32,577 nucleotides of DNA from Candidatus Undinarchaeota archaeon (GTDB lineage: Archaea > SpSt-1190), in the NCBI GenBank assembly GCA_964449215.1, contig CAYVAH010000003.1:1-32577 (forward strand). The letters are read 5' to 3'. Shown here in pieces: positions 8,728 through 17,578 of this stretch (positions are counted from its first letter, which is position 1; each line of letters starts with the position of its first letter). Both the position numbers and the translations under genes were made by a program. The notes below the pieces were generated by a model. That model had not been told where the DNA came from. It searched no databases and worked only from the letters and a program-made list of their open reading frames with translations.

Positions 8728-8733
8728 TTAAAA
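8728..8733. promoter_or_regulatory. shared bidirectional TATA box for the RPA subunit and rpoL
   Basis: TTAAAA lies 27 nt from both divergent start codons (8706 and 8755). Confidence 0.5.
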
Positions 8734-8754
8734 GCACTGCCCTTTCCCCCCCTC

Positions 8755-9009
8755 ATGAAAATAAAGAGGCTCTCAAAAAAGAAGGAGTCCTGGGAGTTTC
8801 GGCTTTCCAGCGAGGATCACACCCTCGCCAACCTCATTAGGGAGCTATCATGGAAGAACAAAGGGGAAGCTGTTTACCGGGTCGAACATCCCCTTCTCGG
8901 CGGGCCGGTTGTCAAGGTTTCCGCCAGCAATCCTCAGGCGGTCCTCCGGAAAGTGGCAAAGGAAATTGTGAGGCTTTCCGAGGCCGTGGAAAAAGCGTTT
9001 TCTAAATAA
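8755..9009 (+). CDS. rpoL: DNA-directed RNA polymerase subunit L (Rpo11)
   Basis: EDHTLANL and YRVEHPL motifs, 84 aa. Confidence 0.92.
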   Translation: MKIKRLSKKKESWEFRLSSEDHTLANLIRELSWKNKGEAVYRVEHPLLGGPVVKVSASNPQAVLRKVAKEIVRLSEAVEKAFSK

Positions 9010-9567
9010 ATGCCCCCCCGTAATGCTGGAGTGAAGTCCGGGGTGAGGGCACTCGGTGTTGATGATGGTCCGCAGAAGGACAGCACGCTTCTCGTTGGGG
9101 TTGTGATGCGCCCGGATAGAATAGAAGGCGTGCTCAGCACCTCTGTGGAACTGGACGGCAACGACGCCACGGCAGCCATACTCAAGATGGTGGCGGGGAG
9201 ATTTCACCCCCAGATAAAATGCATTTTCCTTGACGGGGTGGCTGTGGCCGGTTTCAACCTCATAAATTACAAGAAGCTCTCCGAGAAACTTTCGGTCCCT
9301 GTGATTGTCTGCACGTCCAACAGGCCCCATCCCGAGGAGTTTTCGAAGGCACTCGAAAGGTGGCCGGAGAAGCTCAGACTCTGGGAGAGCATCCGCACGC
9401 CTGCCCACAGGCTTGGAGGGGTCTGGTATCAGTTTTCCGGTTGCACAGGAACCCAAGCAGCCTCCCTGATAAGGAAGTTTCAGGTCCATTCCCTCGTACC
9501 CGAACCGCTCAGAGTGGCACACCTGATTGCGGCGGGTATAGAGCTGGGAGTGAGCAGAGGACTCTAG
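9010..9567 (+). CDS. DUF99 family endonuclease-V-like protein
   Basis: LGVDDGP, VELDGNDAT, IFLDGVAVAGFNLI, PEPLRVAHLIA. The true start may be GTG 9031. Confidence 0.85.
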   Translation: MPPRNAGVKSGVRALGVDDGPQKDSTLLVGVVMRPDRIEGVLSTSVELDGNDATAAILKMVAGRFHPQIKCIFLDGVAVAGFNLINYKKLSEKLSVPVIVCTSNRPHPEEFSKALERWPEKLRLWESIRTPAHRLGGVWYQFSGCTGTQAASLIRKFQVHSLVPEPLRVAHLIAAGIELGVSRGL

Positions 9568-10316
9568 TCAAAACCGAAGAACCTCATCAGCGAGTGAATC
9601 CAGCCATTTCTCTTCCGGTATTCTATCCCCCCAAGAGTGGCAGCTATCCTCTCAATCTCCTTGGCTGCTTTTGAGTTTGGATAGGAAATGGTCACGGGAC
9701 TCTGAATCGCTATGCTTTTTCGGACCATAACATCCTCCGGAACCTCACCGAGCACCTCCAGACCCGTAAAGCTCTTTATTATCCCACTGTCGGGTTCATA
9801 CTCATGGACAAGATGTCTGTTCAGGACCATCCCCAGCACACCCTTTTTCATTCCCCTTGCGGTGTGATACATTCTGTAGGCGTTACTCAGCGAGGTCCAT
9901 TCGGGATTCGCGACTATTATAACCTCCTTGGCAGGTATCAAGGCCGCCCTGGCATCATCCCCGAGACCGGGCGGTGTGTCTATGAGGAGAAAGTCGTATT
10001 TCAGGTTCCTGATCTTTCTTTTCAGCTTTTTGTATGTGTCCGTGCGGAATTTCTCCACACCCACAGTTCCCGGAATTATGTGAAGCCCACAGTCATGCAC
10101 GTAAATGGCGTTTTCCACGGGCTCCTTGGTGGTCAGGACATCCCATATCGTGACTCCCGGATTCATTCCGAAATGTATCCCAAGATCGGGGGCAGTGAAG
10201 TTGGCATCAAGGACACAGGTCCTGAATCCCATCTTCGTCAGCGCCACCCCGAGATTCGCTGTCAGGGTGGTCTTACCCACCCCACCCTTCCCGGCAGTGA
10301 GGGCGATTATTCTCAC
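9564..10316 (-). CDS. minD: MinD/ParA family ATPase (archaeal MinD)
   Basis: Deviant Walker A GKGGVGKTT, LDAN..APDL, IDTPPG, VLNR, VPED..VRKS. Confidence 0.85.
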   Translation of the reverse strand: MRIIALTAGKGGVGKTTLTANLGVALTKMGFRTCVLDANFTAPDLGIHFGMNPGVTIWDVLTTKEPVENAIYVHDCGLHIIPGTVGVEKFRTDTYKKLKRKIRNLKYDFLLIDTPPGLGDDARAALIPAKEVIIVANPEWTSLSNAYRMYHTARGMKKGVLGMVLNRHLVHEYEPDSGIIKSFTGLEVLGEVPEDVMVRKSIAIQSPVTISYPNSKAAKEIERIAATLGGIEYRKRNGWIHSLMRFFGFD

Positions 10317-10372
10317 AGGAGTAAAGCCCCTGCACGTTAAAAAAGAGGTTTAATAACTCCAGGATAACAAGC

Positions 10373-12394
10373 TTACCGCCCCCCGGCGAGCTTTTTAAGG
10401 ACCCTTTCCGCCGTGGTTCTCCCCACCAGCCCCACAAGCTTTTCCCTGGGCACCTTCGTGAGGTTCCCAAGCGTGATTCCCTGATTGTAAAGCTTCCTTG
10501 CCTTTACCCGACCTATTCCAGGAAGCTCTGCCAGCTCCACAAGCTCGCCACGGACACCGTGCTTCACCCTCTTGGTCAGCTTGTTCAAATCCACCCCTCC
10601 CTCGACAACCTGGCTGAGCGCATAGGCAAGCCACTCTGTGTTCCTGACGTAGTTTCTGAGGTCCCCCGGTGCAATACCGAACCTGTTCAGTATATAATCC
10701 TCTCCCTTCTCATCCACCCAGTCTTCAATTATCATGCCGAGCTTGAAAGCCCTCAAATACCTCTCAAACTCGGGGTCCCAGGGATCCGGCCTGGGGTAAA
10801 CCAGCTCCCCGCCCCGGGAAGCCAGTGAATACATGAGGTCCTCCATTTCCGTCCCCCTCAACCTCGGGAGGTCCATCTCGTTCCCCATACCTATCAGGTG
10901 CACATACCCGAGGGGGGAGGTGCTTCCAAAACTCCTTCTCCAGACCAGGGCCGTGTAGGGGTCTATGTAAAGCTCTGCCACCCGCCTGCCGAGCTTTGTG
11001 GGCCTGAGGGGAGACCCCTCCAGCATTCCCCAGCTCACGAGCCTGTCCACAACCCTCAAGCTCAAATCAACTATTCTCCGGGGATCCCCGTGCTGGAAGG
11101 CGTAGAAGCTCTTCTCCATGAAAGATGCAACATCCTCCTTGGAGGATGCGAAGCCGCTTGCGAAGAGCCCTATTATTTCCCTTCGGAGCGTAGGCTCGAA
11201 TGCCAGCGGGCTCCGGACTGGCTCAACCTCCCCCTTCACGAAGTATTCCATGGCAAACCCGGGGCGGCTGTGGAGGATTATTGACTCGCCCCGCTCATCA
11301 TAGCCCGGCCTCCCCGACCTGCCTGCAGCCTGCTTGTAGAGACTGACCGGCCACGGTTCCCCACGAAAGCTCGGATTCTTCACCACAACCCTCCTGCTCG
11401 GCAGGTTCAGCCCCGCCACCAGGGTCACTGTGCTTGCCAGAACCTTTATCAGGCCCTCCCTGAAGGCATTTTCCACAAGTATGCGCTGCTCATTCACCAG
11501 CCCGGCGTGGTGGAAGGCTGCCCCCCGCCGGATAATGTCCGCAAGCTTCCTGCACTGCCTGGTGGGGAAGTCAAGGGCATTTTCAACCATCTCCGCGACG
11601 GTTTCAAGCCTCTCATCTCCACCTCCCACGAGCCTGGCCGCCTTCTCGGCGGTCGCCTCGGCTCCCCTCCGCGTATTTGTAAATATCAGGGTCTGCTGTC
11701 CCCTCTCCAGCCCATCTTCCACTATGCCTTCAATCCCATACTTCTTGGACCTCAACTCTTCCTCCCCAGCCTCCCAGACAAGTCTCTGCCCATCCAGCAC
11801 ACCCTCCCTCAGGGGAACCGGGCGGAAGTCGCTCCTCACAAAATCCACACCAAGCCAGCTCGCAAGTTCCTCCACATTCCCTATGGTGGCAGAGAGCAGA
11901 AGCATCTGACACCACCCCAGCTTGACGGCAAGGGTTTCTATCAGGGGCTTTCTTGCCATCTCATGTGCCTCATCGAACACAACCAGCCCAACATCCCTCA
12001 GCCACCCCGGCCTATGCCTCAGCAGGCTCTCGGCCTTCTCATAGGTCGCGACAATTATATCATAGCTTCCCAGCCATGGGTCATTTGAGTCCATCTCCCC
12101 GACAGATATTGCCGTCCTGAATGGAAGCTCCTTGAACTCCTTCAGCTTTTCGAACGCCAGGGACCTCAGGGGAGCGAGGTAGAGCACTTTCTTCCCCTCA
12201 AGAACCTTCCTGGCCGCCGAGAGGAGCGCCACAAGGGTCTTCCCGCTTGCAGTCCCGCTCGCCAGCAGAAAGCTCTTTTCCAGTGCCCCCTTCCGTATGG
12301 CCTCCTCCTGTGGGGGGTAGAGCTTCTTCACACCAATCCTTTCAATTATCGGCTTGAGTTCCGGGTAAAGCTTTCCTACCTCTGAAATTTCCAC
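10373..12394 (-). CDS. hel308: Ski2-like DNA helicase Hel308
   Basis: LYPPQ Q-motif, TASGKT, DEAH, LSAT, FHHAGL, GLNLP, GRSGRP, C-terminal HhH LPGIGRVKARKLY. Confidence 0.92.
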   Translation of the reverse strand: MEISEVGKLYPELKPIIERIGVKKLYPPQEEAIRKGALEKSFLLASGTASGKTLVALLSAARKVLEGKKVLYLAPLRSLAFEKLKEFKELPFRTAISVGEMDSNDPWLGSYDIIVATYEKAESLLRHRPGWLRDVGLVVFDEAHEMARKPLIETLAVKLGWCQMLLLSATIGNVEELASWLGVDFVRSDFRPVPLREGVLDGQRLVWEAGEEELRSKKYGIEGIVEDGLERGQQTLIFTNTRRGAEATAEKAARLVGGGDERLETVAEMVENALDFPTRQCRKLADIIRRGAAFHHAGLVNEQRILVENAFREGLIKVLASTVTLVAGLNLPSRRVVVKNPSFRGEPWPVSLYKQAAGRSGRPGYDERGESIILHSRPGFAMEYFVKGEVEPVRSPLAFEPTLRREIIGLFASGFASSKEDVASFMEKSFYAFQHGDPRRIVDLSLRVVDRLVSWGMLEGSPLRPTKLGRRVAELYIDPYTALVWRRSFGSTSPLGYVHLIGMGNEMDLPRLRGTEMEDLMYSLASRGGELVYPRPDPWDPEFERYLRAFKLGMIIEDWVDEKGEDYILNRFGIAPGDLRNYVRNTEWLAYALSQVVEGGVDLNKLTKRVKHGVRGELVELAELPGIGRVKARKLYNQGITLGNLTKVPREKLVGLVGRTTAERVLKKLAGGR

Positions 12395-12436
12395 TCAAAG
12401 AACTGCTGCATCCTTCCTTTTAACCCTGACCCCAAA

Positions 12437-12466
12437 CTTGCCAATGCTTGCCAACGCTTGCCAACG
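12437..12466. repeat. 3 x 10-bp tandem repeat CTTGCCAAYG
   Basis: CTTGCCAATG CTTGCCAACG CTTGCCAACG between the divergent hel308 and pilin genes. Confidence 0.9.
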
Positions 12467-12494
12467 TTTTTTTACTCCCCCGAAGAATACTGTT

Positions 12495-12884
12495 GTGAAG
12501 GCTCAATTGAGTGTGGAAATGATTCTGCTGGTCCTGCTGACGGTGGTGGCCGTCGGCTCCTTCTTCTTTTTTCTCACCAGGTTGAGTTCAAAGGTCATCA
12601 CCGGCGCCGAAAGCGCGGTCATATACCCGGAGACTCCCCCACAGATACTTTCAATCAAGTGTTACACCACCTATGGTTCCGTGGCTGTGGCAGAGGACCT
12701 CAACGGGACCATAAACTTCAGGGTGAAAAACCTCAACGGCACCATAGTCAACAGCTCGACGATAACAGTGGCAATCTCCAGCTATGGAACCTTCAACTTC
12801 ACGGCCCCCATGGAGGACGGGAACTACTACGAGGTCCGGTTCTTCACGCCGAAATGGTCCGTTTCCGAGACATGCACCCCATAG
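12495..12884 (+). CDS. type IV pilin-like protein (class III signal peptide)
   Basis: Start reassigned to GTG 12495: MKA|QLSVEMILLVLL.. with Q+1 and E+5, a hydrophobic helix, two Cys and several NxS/T sequons. Confidence 0.8.
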   Translation: MKAQLSVEMILLVLLTVVAVGSFFFFLTRLSSKVITGAESAVIYPETPPQILSIKCYTTYGSVAVAEDLNGTINFRVKNLNGTIVNSSTITVAISSYGTFNFTAPMEDGNYYEVRFFTPKWSVSETCTP

Positions 12885-12917
12885 CAAAGGATAAATCACC
12901 ACTCTCCGTAGCTTTTC

Positions 12918-13949
12918 ATGCGGGGAGCGACCACGGCAATCGCTGTTACGGTTCTCCTGCTTGTCGCCCTTGTGGCTTCCCTGTCTTTCTTCAGCTATTT
13001 CAACCGCTTGAGAGCTGAAATGGTCTCCTCGGGGGAAGAGCAGGTTGCAGAGCTCGAGGTTCCCCCCAAACTCATCTCCCTGGTGTGCTACAGCGGATAC
13101 GGCTACATGTACCTGAGCCCGAGCCAGGGGCAGGGAGAAATCAGTGGCAGGGTGCTCCTCACCGTTTACAAGGACACGGGGGAACTGGTGAAGGAAAAAT
13201 TCATTGACCTGAGCCTCGGCGGCCCTGAGAAGCTGTATCTCCCCGTTTTTTTCAACACAAGTGAACGTTACCTTGTCCTGCTCTCGGCCAGGAAATGGAG
13301 AATCTCTGAATACTGCTCCCCCATAAATGACCCCCATATGGTTCTTTACTTGCCCTTCGACGAGGGCTCGGGAAGTGCAGCAGGAGATAACAGTGACTAC
13401 GAGAATGACTGCACAATAAATGGGGGAAGCTGGGGAAGTGGTGTTGTCGGTGGAGCTCTCGTGTTTGACGGCTCCAGCACATTTGTGGATTGCGGAAGCG
13501 ACGAGGACTTCAACTCCACAGACTTCACGGTTTCGGCATGGGTGCGACCGGATGACCTCAACTCCAACCACTCAATATGGGGGGGATTCAACTCCGGGGG
13601 GGATTACAAGAACTATGTCTGGGTGGATGCCGGCGATGATGTAAAGGTTGACCAGTCTCCTCCGGGAGGGGGGGTCCTGAGCTCGTCAAATGCCTACGCC
13701 TCCCAGTGGTTCCATGTTGTCGTCGTCCGCAACAGCACCCGGCTCGCCATCTACCTGAACGGTTCAATGGAAGCTTCCACCGGGACGGTGGAGAACTACG
13801 CAGGAGCCGCAATCACCAAGTGGGCTGCGGGATACCGCTACAGCTCTTCACCCTCCGCATACTTCTCCGGCAGAATCGACGAGCTCCGCGTGTATAGCAG
13901 GGCACTGGACCCTGATGAGGTGGAAGCGCTCTATATGGCCTATGTGTGA
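12918..13949 (+). CDS. pilin-like protein with C-terminal LamG/concanavalin-A-like domain
   Basis: MRG|ATTAIAVTVLLLV. LamG motifs LYLPFDEGSG, FTVSAWV, WFHVVV, IYLNG, FSGRIDELRVYSRAL..EVEALY. Confidence 0.85.
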   Translation: MRGATTAIAVTVLLLVALVASLSFFSYFNRLRAEMVSSGEEQVAELEVPPKLISLVCYSGYGYMYLSPSQGQGEISGRVLLTVYKDTGELVKEKFIDLSLGGPEKLYLPVFFNTSERYLVLLSARKWRISEYCSPINDPHMVLYLPFDEGSGSAAGDNSDYENDCTINGGSWGSGVVGGALVFDGSSTFVDCGSDEDFNSTDFTVSAWVRPDDLNSNHSIWGGFNSGGDYKNYVWVDAGDDVKVDQSPPGGGVLSSSNAYASQWFHVVVVRNSTRLAIYLNGSMEASTGTVENYAGAAITKWAAGYRYSSSPSAYFSGRIDELRVYSRALDPDEVEALYMAYV

Positions 13950-13986
13950 GGGGAAAGCATAATACTCCAGCAGGTGGGAGTCTGGT

Positions 13987-14391
13987 ATGCGCGGGCTTTC
14001 CATCCCTGTCATGTCTGTCCTTCTCATTGTGGTCGTCGTGGCTTCCGCTTCACTTCTATACGTGCAGATGAAAGGGGTCTCCAACACCGCTACTTCCAAG
14101 GCAGACGAGCTTGTGGACGTCCGGATCTCCCCGAAGCTTCTGGGTCTGGCGTGCCTGGACAGTTACGGATACCTGATAGTGAGTTCTGACAGCCCGCTGA
14201 AGGGGAAGGTCTATTACACGGTCAAATACGGACTCGACGAGGTGGCTTCAGGCTTCTCGGACGTGAATATCACCGACGTGGGGCGGATATACTTCAACGC
14301 CTCAATGACCGAAGGGAAGGAATACACGGTGGAGGTTACAGCAAGATACTGGTCACTCAGGGAGAACTGCAAGTCCTACCTGCCTAACTGA
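13987..14391 (+). CDS. type IV pilin-like protein
   Basis: MRG|LSIPVMSVLLIVVVVASA; paralogous to the two preceding ORFs. Confidence 0.8.
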   Translation: MRGLSIPVMSVLLIVVVVASASLLYVQMKGVSNTATSKADELVDVRISPKLLGLACLDSYGYLIVSSDSPLKGKVYYTVKYGLDEVASGFSDVNITDVGRIYFNASMTEGKEYTVEVTARYWSLRENCKSYLPN

Positions 14392-15025
14392 TGAATGAAA
14401 TTATCTGTGTCCTGGCATAAGGCAGGAGCTCCCTTCCGTGCTTGGAGTTCTTCACCACCTGGAGTGAGGCATTCAACTCCCTCTCGAAAACCTTTGCTGT
14501 GGTGTACGAGTAGCTGTCCCTGTCCCCCACAACAACCATGACTTCCCCCGTATAGTTTCCTATGTCCTTTGATATGTCAATGCCACGATAGTTGAACCCC
14601 GGTGAAATCAGGACGAGCCGGTCCATTCCCCTCCATCGTGCATATTTCAGGGCAACATTGGCCCCTATACTGGAGCCAATTATGGCAACGGTGTTGACCC
14701 CCTTGAGCTTCAGGAACTTGTGCGCCGCCTCAACATCATAAATCATGTTGTTGAAGTCCTCCTCGTCAAAATACTCCCAGTCCCCCTGACTCTCTCCGTG
14801 TCCCCTCGGATCTATTTTTATGTATGAGAACCCGGCATCCTGCAGTTCCTTCTCCAGCGGCTCCCAATCCCCCATGGACCCGTCAAGCTGGTGAAGGAGT
14901 ATCACGCCCTTCCACCCGCCTTCGTGATAGAAGTAAGCGATATTCTGCCCATCTCTGGTTCTCAAATAGTTGGCGGTCGTGCATCCCACCAAGAACAGAA
15001 GGATAAACAGGGCGAACCTCTTCAC
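14384..15025 (-). CDS. alpha/beta hydrolase, probable lipoprotein
   Basis: Lipobox-like LVGC, ILLH, DPRGHGES, nucleophile GSSIG, candidate Asp (GDRD) and His (SKHG). Confidence 0.88.
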   Translation of the reverse strand: MKRFALFILLFLVGCTTANYLRTRDGQNIAYFYHEGGWKGVILLHQLDGSMGDWEPLEKELQDAGFSYIKIDPRGHGESQGDWEYFDEEDFNNMIYDVEAAHKFLKLKGVNTVAIIGSSIGANVALKYARWRGMDRLVLISPGFNYRGIDISKDIGNYTGEVMVVVGDRDSYSYTTAKVFERELNASLQVVKNSKHGRELLPYARTQIISFIS

Positions 15026-15109
15026 CTCATCACAACAGGTGGAAATTTAAACAGGTTTCCAGCTGTTGTGGTGCCAAATTGTTTAAAAGTCAGAACCCCC
15101 CAGATTTAG

Positions 15110-15181
15110 GGGGCCGTAGCTCAGGGGGAGAGCGCTCGGCTGAAGACCGAGTCGTCGTGGGTTCAAATCCCACCGGCCCCA
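15110..15181 (+). tRNA. tRNA-Phe(GAA)
   Basis: GGGGCCG/CGGCCCC acceptor plus A, CTCGG-CT-GAA-GA-CCGAG anticodon arm, GTGGG-TTCAAAT-CCCAC T-arm; TATA TTTAAAAG at 15082. Confidence 0.97.
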
Positions 15182-15311
15182 ACCTTTTTGAAAAGGTTGA
15201 TCAAAAGGGGCAGGCGCTCCGCTCGACAGCACTAATGGAATTCGTCAACGGCTTCGAGGCGAGCCCGCACGAGCGGAGCGAGTAAGGGCGATAACGAGAA
15301 GCGGTTGCCTG
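15181..15311. other. structured non-coding element (nested inverted repeats)
   Basis: AACCTTTT-TG-AAAAGGTT (15181-15198); 11-bp stem CGCTCCGCTCG/CGAGCGGAGCG (15215-15225/15270-15280); inner GGCT(T)CG/CGAGCC hairpin; outer CAGG/CCTG. Confidence 0.55.
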
Positions 15312-15330
15312 AAACATATTAAATATCACC

Positions 15331-17547
15331 TTGCCTCTTATTGAAGTGGATTTCAAGCTAAAGCGCATCGGCGGGAAGAACGTCCTTGAAATGGACCTTA
15401 CCCGCGCTCCTTTTCCTCCCGTGCTCGAAGAAAGTGAAGCCTGCATGGAACAGGTTATTCTTGCACTGAAGAAGGCCCGGAAGGTCGACCGCATAGTCCT
15501 TGTTGGGAGAAGAATAAGGGAATACGATGAGACCCAGACAAGGATGATGAGGCAGGTGGCTGAAGCTGTTGACAAGATAAGCGTTCCTGTCTCCGACATC
15601 CGTCCAAGGGGGTGTGAGATAGGGGAGGACTGGCCGGGTTTCGTCCAGGCCCTCGCAAGGACTATAATAAGGGACCCCGTCGGGGCGTATGTGGAGCTGC
15701 GCCGTGAAAGGAGATGGCAGGAGATAGAGTATGAACGGGAACCGAATGAAAGGGATGCAAAATGCCGCCTTCACTACATAAAACTGCTGGAGAAGTTCCT
15801 GAAGGTCTTTGAAGAGCTCGAGATTATAGAGGTCACGAAACCCCTGATTGAAGGCTACAAGGTCGGGGACCGCAGCATATACCGGAAAATAATCCGCCCG
15901 GGTGTGAGACCAAACTTCACATACACAAAGCTCCAGGCACAGTATCCAAGGGGGGAGGAGGTCGATAGCTACAGGGTTGGGGATGCCGAGGTCACACTGA
16001 TAAAAAGACCGGGACAGGTCAGGATGTTCTATCATCTTCTGCCGCCGGAGTTCAAGCTCAGTGAGGTTGAGTACAACATAGTCGAAAGAATGAAGGAAAG
16101 GCTGATGGCATACAAGCCAAAAAGCGGTGAGCTCGTGGAACCTGAGACAATCAGGGAAGCCGTCAGAAACATAGCGGTGGATATGCTAAAAGAGAAAGAA
16201 AGAACGGGGCACGTGAAGCTCGACATTGAAAAACTCGCCGGCATAATCACCCGGGAAACCGTGGGCTTTGGCATCCTCGAACTGTTGCTCACAGATGAGA
16301 AAGTTCAGGACATAACCGTGAATGCTCCCCTCACCAACCCCATATTTGTCTATCACGCGGACGCTGAGGACTGCGAAACAAATATTTATCCCACTGTTGA
16401 GGAGACCCAGGCCTGGGCCGCCCGGCTGCGACTCCTGAGCGGAAGACCACTCGACGAAAGCAACCCTGTGCTTGACACACAAATAGAATTCGGAAACGTG
16501 AGAGCAAGAGTCGCAGCCATAACGCGCTCCCTCAGCCCGTTCGGGTTGAGCTTCGCAATCCGCAGGCACAGGGCAAAGCCATGGACCCTGCCGCTTTTCA
16601 TACAAAACAAGATGCTTTCCCCCCTCGCCGCCGGCCTGCTGAGCTTCTTCGTCGATGGGGCAAGAACAATACTGGTGGCAGGAACCAGAGGTGCAGGCAA
16701 GACCTCCCTCCTGCAGAGCCTGATGGTCGAGATAATGCGGAGATACCGGATAATCACCGTCGAGGACACACTCGAGCTTCCCGTCCGGCACTTCATGAAA
16801 GCCGGGTATAACATCCAGCCCCTGAAGGTCCGGAGCCCGATAATACCCGTGGAAAGCGAGCTGAGCGCCCAGGCGGGGATAAGAACCAGCCTCCGTCTGG
16901 GTGATTCCGCACTGATAGTTGGAGAGGTCAGGAGCAAGGAAGCCCTTGCACTCTATGAAGCCATGCGGGTCGGGGCGCTTGCAAATGTTGTTGCAGGAAC
17001 CATCCACGGTGATTCACCCTATGGGGTCTATGACCGTGTGGTGAATGACCTCGGGGTGCCAAAGACGAGCTTCAAAGCAACGGACATAATCCTGATCGCA
17101 AACCCGATAAAGAGCGCGGACGGCCTCCACAAACTCAGGAGGCTTGTTGGAATAACAGAGGTCAGGAAACACTGGGAAAATGACCCTGTGAGGGAAAAGG
17201 GCTTTGTGGACCTGATGAAATATGACGCAAAGAAGGACGAGCTTGTCCCGACCAGCGTGCTCCTCGACGGGGAAAGCGAAATAATCAACTCGATAGCCAG
17301 CCGGGTCAGTGACTGGGTTGGGAACTTCGACGCCGTCTGGGAAAACATAGAGCTCAGGGCAAGAACAAAGAAGAGACTCGTCGATGTCTCGGAAGCCACG
17401 GGAAGAAAGGAGTTCCTCGAAGCGGACTTCGTCATGCTCGCAAATGACATGCTCCACCTGATTGAGGAGGAAGTGAGAAACGAGATTGGCATGGACCCTC
17501 TCGAGGTATTCTCGAGGTGGGACAAGTGGCTGAGAACCCAGTTATAA
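15331..17547 (+). CDS. type II/IV secretion (pilus assembly) ATPase, TadA/VirB11/ArlI family
   Basis: Walker A GTRGAGKTS, TVEDTLEL Asp box, SLRLGDSALIVGEVR, GTIHG His box, long N-terminal extension. The start is more likely GTG 15346, 27 nt after TTAAATAT. Confidence 0.93.
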   Translation: MPLIEVDFKLKRIGGKNVLEMDLTRAPFPPVLEESEACMEQVILALKKARKVDRIVLVGRRIREYDETQTRMMRQVAEAVDKISVPVSDIRPRGCEIGEDWPGFVQALARTIIRDPVGAYVELRRERRWQEIEYEREPNERDAKCRLHYIKLLEKFLKVFEELEIIEVTKPLIEGYKVGDRSIYRKIIRPGVRPNFTYTKLQAQYPRGEEVDSYRVGDAEVTLIKRPGQVRMFYHLLPPEFKLSEVEYNIVERMKERLMAYKPKSGELVEPETIREAVRNIAVDMLKEKERTGHVKLDIEKLAGIITRETVGFGILELLLTDEKVQDITVNAPLTNPIFVYHADAEDCETNIYPTVEETQAWAARLRLLSGRPLDESNPVLDTQIEFGNVRARVAAITRSLSPFGLSFAIRRHRAKPWTLPLFIQNKMLSPLAAGLLSFFVDGARTILVAGTRGAGKTSLLQSLMVEIMRRYRIITVEDTLELPVRHFMKAGYNIQPLKVRSPIIPVESELSAQAGIRTSLRLGDSALIVGEVRSKEALALYEAMRVGALANVVAGTIHGDSPYGVYDRVVNDLGVPKTSFKATDIILIANPIKSADGLHKLRRLVGITEVRKHWENDPVREKGFVDLMKYDAKKDELVPTSVLLDGESEIINSIASRVSDWVGNFDAVWENIELRARTKKRLVDVSEATGRKEFLEADFVMLANDMLHLIEEEVRNEIGMDPLEVFSRWDKWLRTQL

Positions 17548-17578
17548 ATCGATAAATAGCCGGAACACAGTTATTGTT

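Noticed and set aside
12438..12494. TTG start at 12438 making the tandem repeat coding
   Set aside because: The class III signal and TATA spacing point to GTG 12495, so the repeat is probably non-coding.
15096..15113. CCCCCC...GGGGG hairpin overlapping the tRNA-Phe 5' end
   Set aside because: The 5' arm lies upstream of the predicted start site and the pairing is low-complexity.
1..15330. Integrated mobile element at one of the tRNAs
   Set aside because: No integrase, transposase or duplicated tRNA 3' end is visible, and the flanking genes are housekeeping.
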